From NCBI RefSeq assembly GCF_009914755.1, contig NC_060925.1: 64,000 nucleotides of DNA. One strand, written 5' to 3'. Positions 28,421 to 41,320 of the stretch are shown here, in pieces. Each line of letters starts with the position of its first letter. Within the stretch, counting starts at the first letter, position 1. The position numbers were made by a program, and so were the translations under genes. A model generated the notes under the pieces. It saw only the letters and a list, made by a program, of their open reading frames with translations, was not told the origin of the DNA and did no database searches. The stretch is from the human T2T-CHM13v2.0 reference genome, Homo sapiens.

Positions 28421-30874
28421 TGTCTTTAATTCCACTCATTTCCCACTGTGTAACCCTCAACCCCCTGGATGGATATAGCAAATGAAATGCTATAATCTTC
28501 CAGCATGCATTGCCATCTGAGTTTAATCTGAAGGCGCATGCCTGCCTTTTTTCAAGAGAGTATGCCTCCCAGAATGAATTATCAGTTCACTCGAGACTCT
28601 GCACATTTATTGTTTGAGCTTGTTTATTCATTGCCTAGACAGAAAAAGACATCCACAGATGAGGAGCACAGGTTGGTGCTCACTGTGTGTATGAAAGCCT
28701 GATAAAATATGGTGAAGGTGGTACTCAACATCCTCCTACGGTTTTAGGTAGACTGCTTCATGAAGCAGCCCCAACGTACACTATGTGCTAAAGCCTTGGA
28801 AGATTGTTCTGAATCCAGATACTGCCTATAATTAATGTCAAATCTTCCAAGATTCTAGCAGTAGGTGTTCTGCCAGTCTCCTTTCTTTACTTTTGAATTT
28901 TTGTCATTTTCCTTCATATCTTCAGCAGAATTTTAATTAGAATATTATGGAGAATGCATGTGGCACCACTAAGCACACACCATTTGAATCAGATATGCTT
29001 CACTTTCAGACACAACTTAAAAATGTAGTAAGTTTGACTGTTCATTTTACTTGATGTTCTTCCTATGATAATTTTAGAACTACTTATTTTTTAAATATTA
29101 GGAAAAATTTTAACTAGGCATATATACCTAACTTGCTTAACATCTTGTTAGCTTTAATAAATACTTAAAATATTCTTTCCAAATATGACTTTGTGTTATG
29201 GTGCCTTAAAATATCCACCGTATCATATTTATATTATTAAATGTATCACTCTATTACAGAAAGTAGGCCTAACCTCCAGAATATATATTTCTTGAGTCTA
29301 TCTATTGACTACAATAAAATGTTTAAAATCTGAATGCTTATTGATGGTATGGTTTTCTGTCATGAACAATGTATGCAATATTTAATTGAGGCCTGCAGCC
29401 CAAAGTCTCATTACACAGTAAATGAGAAGCATGATGAATTAGAGCAATAAAACAAATTTACTCTCTATATATCTGGGGATAATTTTGCACACTGAACAGA
29501 ATATTAAAACAAAACAACTTGTTTTAAATTCAGATTTCTAATTTCAAAAAGATCTTTAATAATCTCCAAGATTGTAAAAAAGTTCTTATGGGTGGATCAG
29601 CTGTCTAATCAGCTATTTTTATGTCTTTGACTTATATATAGGGAAGATCACTTCTAACCTGAGAAAGAAAACCAAAAATCAAAATGTTTAGGGGATGTGT
29701 ATATGTGTGTGTGTAGAAAGAGTGGATACAGGGAAATTTGAAACACGGAAATCAATGACTGAAGTTGAAAGAGCATGAATTGATCCTATTGAGAGGTTGA
29801 AGGATTCGTATTTAATAATAAGTGATTTTTCTTCTTATCAAACAAACTAGAATGCAGAACTCTCTAAATTGTCTGTTTACGTGTCTTTTAGATGCTATGG
29901 AAAAAAACAGAAGAGAACATAATCAATAATTCTATTTTGGTAGACTTATATCCATGATGTTTATTAAAGATTGAAAAAGGCATGTCAAGTTAGCAGTGGA
30001 ATATATGAATCTGGAATTCTTCAGTAAAATCCAGGATGAAAACACAAATTTCTGAGTTATTGGCCTGCACATGGTGTTTACAACCTGCAAAGCAATGGAA
30101 TGACTACCTTAGAAAATCTGAAGATGTAAAAGGGTGAGTGGACTTTAGGTTAAACTTGATTTGTTGGACACATTTATCTCTGTTTTCTCCTAAAACCTAA
30201 CTCAGTAAGAGTACTATAGCTAAAACCATTTATCCCTGCAAGAACAAAGCTATCAGAAGATAAAGCAGCAGTGAACAAGTGCAAGTGTGGTCAATATTTC
30301 TTAGAATATCTTTTGAAAGATAGAAAACATATGGAGGAGTTCAGAGGGCTGAAAAGCTGCATAGCAAGTGCCTGGAAGGGGAGATCAATAAGCATAATTT
30401 ACTCCTTTGGAAAAAATCTAGAGGGGCTTAAATATCAGAGGAACTATTTACTCAAAAAGTGTAGGCAAGGCAGGGAGCTGAAAAGGGGGAAGACTGGGAA
30501 AATACAGGATAGCAATTAGAACTGGATCTCCTTCCCCATCCTATTCTGGGAAACTTTAACCACAGAACTTTTAAGATCAAGGATAAAGAACAGTTGATTA
30601 GTACCATGCCATCTTGCACCGCAGAAGCCAAAAAAAGTAGAAAGTATTTCTTCTAGAGCTGGAGTTTTGGTTTAATTTCCACATGAAAGTCAAATGCTTA
30701 CTGCTTCTCACATCTCTAATGGCACCCATAGGCAAGGAAGTATAGTATCTGAGACTGTGTTAACAACTTTCTGTCCACTTGCTGGTTTTCTCAGTGGCAA
30801 GAGACAAGGAGCAGATTGGACAATTTTGCCATGTTTATCTAGTAGGTGTGGTTGGCTCAAAGTTAACAGCGGCT

Positions 30875-30876
<2 letters not shown>

Positions 30877-30912
<36 letters not shown>

Positions 30913-31192
30913 GAGACTGAGTTTCACTCTTGTTGCCCAGGCTGGAGTCCAATGGCGCAATCTCAGCCCACTGCAACTTCCGCCTCCTGGGTTCAAGCGA
31001 TTCTTCTGCCTCAGCCTCCTGAGTAGCTGGGATTACAGGCATCCGCCAGCACGCCCAGCTAATTTTGTATTTTTAGTAGAGATAGGGTTTCACCATGTTG
31101 GTCAGGCTGGTCTCGAACTCTTGATCTCAGGTGATCCGCTTGCCTCTGCCTCCCAAAGTTCTGGGATTACAGGCGTGAGCCACCATGCCCTT
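30877..31192 (-). mobile_element. AluSq/Sp-like with TSD
   Basis: GAGTTTCACTCTTGTTGCCCAGG; TSD AACAG(C/T)GGCTTCTT at 30865 and 31195. Confidence 0.93.
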
Positions 31193-31483
31193 TCAACAGT
31201 GGCTTCTTAATTGTTGCTAAAGCAATATATTCTTTAAGTTGAATGTTTTTTACTCTGGTTTCTTAATCATGGAATGCAGGTAGAGTTTATTCCTGGAGCC
31301 AACAGATCCAGTGATAATTTTCTCATTCCTCACTTTCCTCAGTGTGGCAGGCAGACTTTTCACAGGCCAATTCTGGAGTGTTTTATTGGGGTTAAATCCT
31401 GAAGATCCTACCTGGAGCTACTTCTCTAACTTTTCCAATGTATTTGTCTAAGGCTACTATCTGCTATATTAAATACATTTTAT

Positions 31484-33953
31484 CTTTTTTGGAAATGTTA
31501 TTTTAAGTTCTGGGATACATGTGCAGGATGTGCAGGTTGGTTACATAGGTAAATGTGTGCAGTGGTGGTTTGCCGTGCCTATCAGCCTATCACCTAGGTA
31601 TTAAGCCCAGCATGCATTAGCTATTTTTCCTGATGTTCTCCCTCCCCCACCCTCAACAGGCCCCAGTGTGAGTTGTCCCTTCTCTGTGTGCATGTGTTCT
31701 CGTTCAGCTCCCAGTTAAGAGTGAGAACATGCAGTGTTTGGTTTTCTGTTCCTGCATTAGTTTGCTGAGGATAATGGCTTCCAGCTCCATCAATGTCCCT
31801 GCAAAGAACAGGATCTTATTCCTTTTTATGGCTGCATAATATTCCATGGTATATATGTGCCACATTTTCTTTATCCAGTCTATCATTGATGGGCATTTGG
31901 GTTGATTCCATGTCTTTGCTATTGTGAATAGTGCTGCAATGAACATACACGTGTATGTCTCTTTATAGTAGAATGATTTTATATTCCTTTGGCTATATAC
32001 CCAGTAATGGTATTGCTGAGTCCAATGGTATTTCTGGTTCTAGGACTTTGAGGAATCGTCACAATATCTTCCACAATGGTTGAACTAATTTACACTCCTA
32101 CCAGCAGTGTAAACATGTTTCTATCTCTCTGCAGTGTCGCTAGCATCTGTTGAGGTTTTGATAATCACCATTCTGACTGGCATGAGATGGTATCTCACTG
32201 TGGTTTTGATTTGCATTTCTCTAATAATCAGTGATGTTGAGTTTTTTTTCATATGTTTGTTGGCCACATAAATGTTTTTTGAGAAGTAGTTGTTCATGTC
32301 CTTTGCCCACTTTTTAATGGGGTTGTTTTTTTCTTGTAAATTTGTTTAAGTTCCTTGTAGGGTCTGGATGTTAGACCTTTATCAGATGAATAAGTTGCAA
32401 AAATTTTCTCCCATTCTGTAGGTTGTCTGTTTGCTCTGATGATAGTTTCCTTTGCTGTGCAGAAGCTCTTTAGTTTATTTAGATTACATTTGTCAATTTT
32501 TGCTTTTGTTGCTATTGCTTTTGATGTTTTTGTCATGAAATCTTTGCCTGTGCCTATGTCCTGAATCATATTGCCTAGATTTTTTTTTCTTTTTTGCATT
32601 TTTCTTTCTTTCTTTCTTTTTTTCTTGCTTCCTCAGAAGAAAGAATTCAACCGAGGGGCAGAATGCAGAAGGAGAGACCATGCAGGTTTCAGAGCAGGAG
32701 TGAGAGTTTATTAAAAAGCTTTAGATAGTAAGGAAATAAAAGAAAAGAAGGAAAGTATAACTTAGAAAAGGGCCAAGCGGGTGACTTGGGAAACCAAATG
32801 TGCCTTGCCTAGATTTTCTTCTAGGGTTTTTTATTCTTTTGGGTATTACATTTAAGTTGTTAATACATCTTAAGTTAATTTTTGTAAAAGCTGTAACGAA
32901 GGGGTCCAGTTTCAATTTTCTACATATGGCTAGTCAGTTCTCCCAGCACCATTTATTCAATAGGGACTCCTTTTCACATTGCTTGTTTCTGTCAGGTTTG
33001 TTGAAGATCAGATGATTGTAGATGTGAAGTCTTATTTTTGAGTTGTCTATTCTGTTCCATTGGTCTATGTGTCTGTTTTTGTACCAGTACCTTGTTGTTT
33101 TGGTTATTGTAGTCTTCCAGTATAGTTTGAAGTCAGGTAGCATGATGCCTCCAGCTTTGTTCTTTTTGCTTAGGATTGTCTTGGCTAAATCATATGATTA
33201 TCTCAATAGACACAGAAAAGGCATTTGATAAAATTCAACATCCCTTCATGTTAAAAACTCTCAATAAACTAGGTATTGAAGGAACATACCTCAAAATAAT
33301 AAGAGCCATTAATGACAAACCGACAGCCAATGTCATACTGAATGGGCAAAGGCTGGAAGCATTCCCCTTGAAAACTGGCACAAGGCAAATATGCCATCTC
33401 TCTCCACTCCTATTCAACATAGTATTGGAAGTTCTGGCCATGGCAATCAGGCAAGAGAAAGAAATAAAGCATATTCAAATAGAAAGAGAAGAAGTAAAAG
33501 TGTCTGTTTGTAGATGACATGATCCTATATCTAGAAAATTCCATCGTCTCAGCCCAAAAGCTTCTTAAGCTGATAAGCAACTTCAGCAAAGTCTCAGGAT
33601 ACAAAACCAATATGCAAAAATCACAAGAGTTCCTATACACCAACAATAGACAACCAGAGAGCAAATTATGAATGAACACCCATTCACAGTTGCTACAAAG
33701 AGAATAAAATACCTAGGAATAGAGATAACAAGGGAAGTGAAGGACCTCTTTGAGGAGAACTACAAACAACTGCTCAAGGAAATCTGAGAGGACACAAACA
33801 AATGGAAAAATATTCTATGATCCTGAATAGAAAGAATCATACTGGCCATATTACTGAAAGCAATTTATAGATTCACTGCTATTCCCATCAAACTACCATT
33901 TACATTCTTCACAGAATTAGAAAAAACTATTTTGAAATTCATATGGAACGAAA
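31484..33953 (-). mobile_element. L1PA10-13-like with 5' inversion (minus to ~33187, plus ~33188-33953)
   Basis: Strand switch at GTCTTGGCTA|AATCATATGATTATC; TSD AAATACATTTTAT at 31471 and 33954. Confidence 0.9.
32581..32804 (-). mobile_element. Retrocopied ERV1 LTR fragment (MER4-group, MER61/LTR25-like) with A-rich tail, nested in L1
   Basis: TSD TTGCCTAGATTTT at 32571 and 32805; T-rich tail 32581-32623; reverse strand reads CTTTTTAATAAACTCTCACTCCTGCTCTG...GAATTCTTTCTTCTGAGGAAGCAAG. Confidence 0.8.
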
Positions 33954-34621
33954 AAATACATTTTATTTTAAAATGGCCGGAGTAATTTCCCTTAAAGACA
34001 CAGTGGGTAGAAAGAGGCCATAATGGAAAAGGGACATTAGGAAAAATCCACGCATAGAATAGCGAGACTCCCACTCCAGCCCCCTTACTCCATTTCTTTC
34101 CAAGAATAACGGCAACTGACAAAACCCTCCCTTCCATAGGTACATCCACGTATACAGCGTGTGTGAGAGTACACACACACACACACACACACATGTTCTC
34201 TGACATATTACCTTACAGATAAGCCTACCAGTTGACAAGCCTGTGCATATAGAATATCCAGTGTCCTTAGTGATTTTCTTTAAGCATGCAAGGACAAGCA
34301 AAGTTTATCAAATATTTGAGCAAGGCTTTAATGTGTAAGACAGAGAATAATACATTTTAAAAAATACAGGGAAAAAGAAAAAGAGGAAGGAAGTAGAAAA
34401 GAAAAGAAAAATGAGACAAAAAAATGAAAAAAGGTACAATGTGTGATTCAGAAGACTTTCCAAACTATGATTAAGAGCTATAGAGAACCCAGAGGGCCCA
34501 GATCTCCCTTAGGCACCAATGTTTGGAGTTGGTTGTCGAAAGAGGCAATCATCAAAGAACACTCTGAAGGAGTGGCCACTAACTAAGGAGAGACCTTAAG
34601 AACATGTGGAGTTGCAAAAGT

Positions 34622-35013
34622 TGCAGCCGGAATTGCTATGCATTCACCAAAACACATTTTCTTTTTCTTCTGCACACAATGCTAGATCACATTTGGGACC
34701 CTCCCTTGCAGTTAATGGTGACCATGTTATAGACAAACAGTGGAATGTGGCTTGGGAATCGACCCCCTAAAAAAGCCTTCAGGCAATCATTCCTGCTCTC
34801 TCTCTCCTCCCTCATACATTGGCCATCAGAAGACTCTAAGCCCTAAGATATACAATAAATCTGGGTTCCCGAATGACAGTATGGAGCAGAGCCTCTTGCT
34901 GTCTCTCACAACTCTTAGGACTTTATGCAAACAAGAAATCGATTTCTATTGTATGAAGCCACAGAATTTTGTGGTTGACTTTTTACAGTGCTTTGCTTAA
35001 CCTGACTGATTCA
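34622..35013 (+). mobile_element. MLT1 (H/I-like) LTR
   Basis: CTCCCTTGCAGTT...ACCATG; TTCTATTGTATGAAGCCACAGA...CCTGACTGATTCA end. Confidence 0.7.
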
Positions 35014-35904
35014 GAAGCCAAGTAAAGTGATGGATGAGTCTATTTTTTCTATAGGACACTGAGAAAGGTGAAGCAAATCTCCATGGTTAGTGGTACCAAG
35101 GGAGGGAAAATGGTATAATATTGATTTCTCCTCCTCCCCCAATGCCATGCTCCTTGTGCATCCTTCTCCTTTATTGGTGGTGCCTTAAGAAAGGGCTCAT
35201 AGAGAAGCAAACTCCACAGGGTACCTCACTCTCTCTTTTCATATGGTGTGTTTTGACAAGGGAGCACATAGGATAGCAGTGGATCTTCTCTTTGGATAAT
35301 GGCTCCCAGAAAATTAAAAGATGAAGAGTGAAATAGTTAGCTATTCTCATGGTCAAATCTCAGAATTATTCATACAATTATTCCAGCAATCCCGCAAGGA
35401 AAATGTTAATTTCAGGGTAAAGCATCAGCTTATATGGACCAGATAATGTAACAAAGAAAGCAGAACACTACGGAAATTTGGAGCTGTGTCTGTTTGGCCA
35501 TGTTTGCAAACACACTTCAGAAATGCTGCTCCAACTCCCCAGCCCATAAATTATTGAAGTTAATGTAGGTTAAATCTACGCCATGACACAAAAGTGGGAC
35601 ATTCCAAGTGTTTTCCCTGCTCTATCAGTGTCCTCACAGTCAACTCAGCAACTTTGAGGCAACAAAATGTGGAAAGGACTTAAGGCCCAGACTTTTGGGG
35701 TTGAATCTCGTTTGTTTCTCTTTTGGTTGATGTCCAAAATAAATAAATAAACAAATAAGATTTTCATTTAATGTACAATCTTTCTCTCATTATCAGCCCC
35801 AATTCCCAATTTTTCTAGTTGTTAGCACATTAGGTTTGTCGAAGTCAACATCACTGTCATTCTAATGAATGATTAGTGCAATGGGACATAGAATATGCTT
35901 TATT

Positions 35905-36306
<402 letters not shown>

Positions 36307-36479
36307 TTATAAATTTGCTTCTATTTTGTTTTTCTGCTTTATAACCTGACTCCTTCCTTTAGAATACCAAAAACACGTTGGTGTGGTAATACCTTATCCC
36401 TAAGATAGCCCTTATCTGCAGATGTGCATTCATATTTCTTTCAGTACTTAATGATGAAAAGGATATAACATTGCCAAGA

Positions 36480-37055
36480 GCAGGGAAGGTCACATCGGTC
36501 TTGAGGGTCACTGTTTCATGTGTGCCATTTGCTCTGAGTAAAATGGGAGTCATTGCAGGGTTTTGATCAGAGAAGTGACATCATCTGGCTTATGTTTTGA
36601 AAGGCCCACACTGGCTACGGTATTAAGAATTGTCCACAGATGTAAGGATGGAAGCAGTGGGACTCATTAGGACATTATCCAAGAGAGTGAAGATGGTAGT
36701 TCAGATCAAGGTCATTACAGTGAGATACTGAGAAGTGTTGGGAATCAAGATATATTTTGAACCTGAAACTAACTTATTTTCTGATGGATTGGATATGGAA
36801 TTTTAAAGAAACACAAGAGTCAAAAATGACTTTCAAGTTTTTCATCTGTACAATAAGTAGGATAAAGTTGTCATTAAATGATGTAAAAATGTAGGTGAAG
36901 CAGGTTTGGTGCAAAAAAATTATATGTAGTTCACTGTTGGATCCGTTCGTTAAAATGTGTTGCAGATATACGAGTTCAGATGCTGAGTTATATAAATGAG
37001 TCTGTACTTCAGGAGCAAAGTCTTAGATAAAGATAGAAATTTTGGAGTTGTTATT
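36480..37055 (-). mobile_element. L2 fragment
   Basis: ATGGGAGTCATTGCAGGGTTTTGATCAGAGAAGTGACATCATCTGGCTTATGTTTT. Confidence 0.75.
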
Positions 37056-37575
37056 TCTTCTTATGCATCTGTCCATCCATTTATCATCTCTCTATTTATT
37101 TAGATATAGAGATTCATCTCTCCAACCAAAATCAAATCTATTTAAAATTAATCTCAAGAGCCCATTGAAGTAGGGATACTATTTTGCTAGAAGTTATGTT
37201 CTAAGTCAGAGAAGAATTAAACTATAAGCAAGAGCTCTTAAATCCTTTTTATTTGATGAAATGTTGTATTCACTTGGTAGGCACATAAAATTTGTAAACA
37301 CTCACAGATAAATACATACATACTGGCAATAAAATTATAGGAGAGGGAGATGAAGCAGAGAATGGAATGGGCTGGCTTTACTGTTAACTAGAAAGAATCG
37401 TATGTGCTCTCATTCTGGTCCTAAGTGGTATGATGATCTGCCTAGAACAATAAAAACAAGTCAGTGATGATGATTTTTCACAAGTAGTGACAGGCAATGA
37501 GGAATACAGGAGCATTATTTAGACAACTACAACTTTTGACCAATGACTTAATATTTTCAATATTCTTCTTGTCAG

Positions 37576-37680
37576 AATTACGTAAGGCTACATGTTGGTC
37601 ACATTTTCAGACATATTATTGCCAAAATATTTTTTAACATCAAAAGTCTCATCAAAGTGGATCGGGATGAAGAAAAAACG
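37576..37680 (+). other. Candidate internal exon (105 nt)
   Basis: CTTAAT branch-like motif at 37547, TTCTTCTTGTCAG acceptor, ACG|GTAAGT donor; frame 0 open. Confidence 0.35.
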
Positions 37681-38544
37681 GTAAGTCTAAATGATTTTTC
37701 CATGGGAAAAAAATAACCCAGGACTTACTTCTCCTAGCACAGTTTCCCTGGAAATCTAATGGTTTAAGTTAAATATGGCATTTCAGCTCTATCACTAGGC
37801 AGTGATGTTTATTACAAAAATGTCCCATATTTGATGAATTGCATTTGGGCTTGGCAGACTGAGAATGAGCTATTAAAAACTACTGGGACACAGCTCTCAG
37901 ATCTGTGTGCAGTGGATTTTCTAAATTGTTTCTTGCGGGACCTGAAAATTTTGCTCGAGGGAGGTTGCAGGATACTGGTTCCTGTGGCGAATGAAAGTGG
38001 ATGTTCTCATTCGAATCCAGGATGGTCTCTGCATCAACACACGTGGCTTTATCCCTTATAAATGGGAAGATACTTAGGTTGCCTGAATAATTTTCTTATG
38101 TACTCTATGCATTCCCCGTGAAGACAATTCTCCTGAAGCTGTCAGATATATTGAAATCCCTGATCTATATTTTTGCAGAAAACTAAAGTGAACATAGTGC
38201 CAGATTATGGCCCATGAGCTGTATGAATGAGTATGCCAATCCAAACCTAAAACTACCTCCAATGTCATGTGGAAAGGGTGTTACATTTGTACTTATCTAT
38301 GCTGTTAACATTTGCAACAGTAGATGACGTAGGTGGTTTAAAAACTTGACCAATATGTCCAGTAAAAATTTAGCCATATTTTCACATCAGGGCAATGACA
38401 TTTGTAATTTAACTTACATCTCCAAATGCTTATTTCCACTAAGAACACCCAACTTATTTGAGACCAAATAAATAACATAAGAAGTGCTCCATTTGTTAAA
38501 AAATAAATAAATAAATAAGTAAATAAATAAATAAAGACAAACAA

Positions 38545-38629
38545 GAGCTTGCAGTGAGCCAAGATCACGCCACTGTATCCAGCCTGGGCGACAGAGCAAG
38601 ACTCCATCTCAAAAAAAAAAAAAAAAAAA
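38545..38629 (+). mobile_element. Severely 5'-truncated AluY with TSD
   Basis: GAGCTTGCAGTGAGCC...ACTCCATCTC plus A-tail; TSD AAAGACAAACAA at 38533 and 38630. Confidence 0.88.
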
Positions 38630-39079
38630 AAAGACAAACAAAAAAACTAGTATTTTCAGGACATTTTTTACTATATATGTTTTTATTTAATACATAATTA
38701 CATTTTAAAACCTCTGTTGGAATGCCAGTATTTTTTAATTCATAAAGTTTTATCAAAGATAATTTCCTTATTCATCACAATTTTCATTACATCATATTTT
38801 TTAAATAAATTTTTCATTGGATACTTTCAAAATATTTATATATTGCCTTTTAAGCATATAAAAGATTTTCTTAGCTTATGTAATTTTTTTATTGACTTCT
38901 GCATGTATTGAACCAAGAACTAGGCCCTTTGAGGTTAATAACTTCTAGCAGAACCAGCTGATTTTTGCCATATAAAAATGCAGGCCCTGGTTTATAATCG
39001 AGGGCAGAAATCTTGGTTATGATGTAAGAACTGCAAGTTCTGAAAACATTGGCAATGACGACGGAATCCACTGAATGTT

Positions 39080-39518
39080 CCCGTGTCCTTTTCTCCTCTT
39101 CGGATAGTGCTGGTGCTCCCTCTTTTCCACATAGGTAAGCTTGGCTCATGGCCATCCAGGTCCCAGGTCCTCTAAGAATAGATGTGTCACCTGGCTAAGA
39201 ACCAGCCAAGGGAAAGTGAGAGGAAGTGACTCATTTCAAACTTGACATTAAAACATGAACAGAACTGTTGTTCTCTCTCCAGTGACTCTTCTCTGTGTTA
39301 ACTCACAGGGCAGCATCCCAACTTCCAGGATACCAGTTAGGGGAAGGCAGAGCTAAAAGATGGAAGGAAGTTATATCCCTGAAAGCAAGGCCTCCTGCCA
39401 GTTTGTCCCACTGATATTGAACTGATAATGGGAAAGAAGTATTTCAATCTAATTTAAGCCAGTGTATTTTGAAGACTTCAGGTTACTTCAGCATAAAGGT
39501 CACATAAACTAATACCAC
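39080..39518 (+). mobile_element. Old MLT1 LTR
   Basis: GGCAGAGCTAAAAGATGGAAGGAAG...TTTAAGCCAGTGTATTTTG...AACTAATAC. Confidence 0.55.
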
Positions 39519-39576
39519 ACTCATTCATAATATATTTTTTAAAGTTTATGAAGGAAAGCAACAGCTCTTGGATTAA

Positions 39577-40129
<553 letters not shown>

Positions 40130-40161
40130 TGAAAATGATACAATGATTAAAACAATGAACA

Positions 40162-41020
40162 ATAAATTGATAAATTTTAAAACTATCTCAACATTATTAA
40201 TTCAATGAACATTTATTTGTCATGCAATGTCATACTGTGGACAGTGAGAGCAGTGCCACAGGGACTGATGCTGTGTTATACTGTACTGATGTCTCTCAGG
40301 ATGCCCCTTTCTATCACTTCTTCCTTAGGTGTTACTGATCACTCTCTCCTTGGTGCTTCCATATATTATGCTTATCCATATACTATGGAATCCTTTAGGA
40401 TGATAATATTTGCTTGTTTGCATGCCATTCCATCCTTATTCTAAGATCCTTGAGGATAGATGCTAAGTCTTAATTATCTTTGTTCCTATCATGGATCTAC
40501 TTGCCAAGAAACAGACAATGAAACCGATTTACGTGAGGAAGATCTGCTGGGGAGCCCTCTCTGCAACAAATTCTTTAAGTGAATGAGGGAAGTAGGATTG
40601 GGCAGAGGGAGAAGCTGCACCATGCTGCAGTTACAACAGAGAGCTCCGTTGATCCCTTGAAGAGCTCCAGAGCTAGCATGACCCATCAGAGTTGACCAAA
40701 TTCACAAACTTTATCCCACCCTCCTCTGTTAAACAAACACTGCATTGGAGCTGCCTTTAGAGAAGAAGTGGCATAGCTGTGAGTGAGGCAGCTTCCTTCT
40801 GCTGTGGGCAATTCCCTGGAAATGGACCCATCTGAGAGCTGCTAATAGCCAATGTTCCCTGCACTGGGGAAATGAGTGTGTGGTCATGAGGGGCATCTGG
40901 GCTGCTGAACCCATCATCCTCTGCGGCGTCATCCTCACTATCCAGGGTATGGCACTGCATGCTAAGTCAGTGTTTAATGAATTGATAATGTTGGGATAGT
41001 CTTTAAATGTATTGCTTTAT
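40162..41020. repeat. Long-range inverted repeat, 100-bp arms (40162-40261 / 40921-41020)
   Basis: Manual ungapped alignment gives 73/100 identity between the left arm and the reverse complement of the right arm. Confidence 0.85.
40490..40912 (-). mobile_element. LTR16C-like ERVL LTR
   Basis: GGGAAGTAGGATTGGGCAGAGGGAGAAG...GATCCC...GAGCTCCAGAGCT...CAGAGTTG. Confidence 0.7.
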
Positions 41021-41119
41021 GTTTGTGAAATGATTGGTATGGTCTTGTTTAGCATAGTTTCTCAATCATTTGGCATATGGATTATAAGTATCCATTTATG
41101 GATTCCCTTCGGCCATCAG

Positions 41120-41182
41120 GGCAGCTGGCCAGCGTGTGTGGAATCGGAGCAGTGATTCCACAACGTCTGGCCACGAGCAGCC
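41120..41182. other. GC-rich hairpin/palindrome (63 nt)
   Basis: GGCCAGCGTGTGTGGAATC-GGAGCAGT-GATTCCACAACGTCTGGCC, extended by GGCAGCT/AGCAGCC. Confidence 0.7.
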
Positions 41183-41236
41183 GCCTCCATCTATTACATT
41201 CAGCGGATGCTAGAACATTTCGTTTTCTTTGTATAG

Positions 41237-41320
41237 CTTTCCATGGAAAAGATTTGGAAGTGCAGGGGCACTGGATACAAAACTAGAGAAAATTTGACTG
41301 CCGAGGACTCTTCAGGGCAT
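41237..41320 (+). other. Candidate internal exon (84 nt)
   Basis: TTTCGTTTTCTTTGTATAG acceptor, CAT|GTATGT donor; only frame 0 is open. Confidence 0.35.

Noticed and set aside
28639-28747. Exon-like segment after TTCATTGCCTAG
   Set aside because: Weak donors and early stops; no supporting pattern
39105-39140. Second recursive-splice-like motif (CTCTTTTCCACATAG|GTAAGC)
   Set aside because: Appears to lie in the pyrimidine-rich start of an MLT1 LTR and has a shorter AG-free tract; likely incidental
41144-41160. Iron-responsive-element-like C-GGAG-CAGTGA-TTCC
   Set aside because: The upper stem is 4 bp rather than the canonical 5, the lower stem is absent, and the competing long hairpin is much stronger
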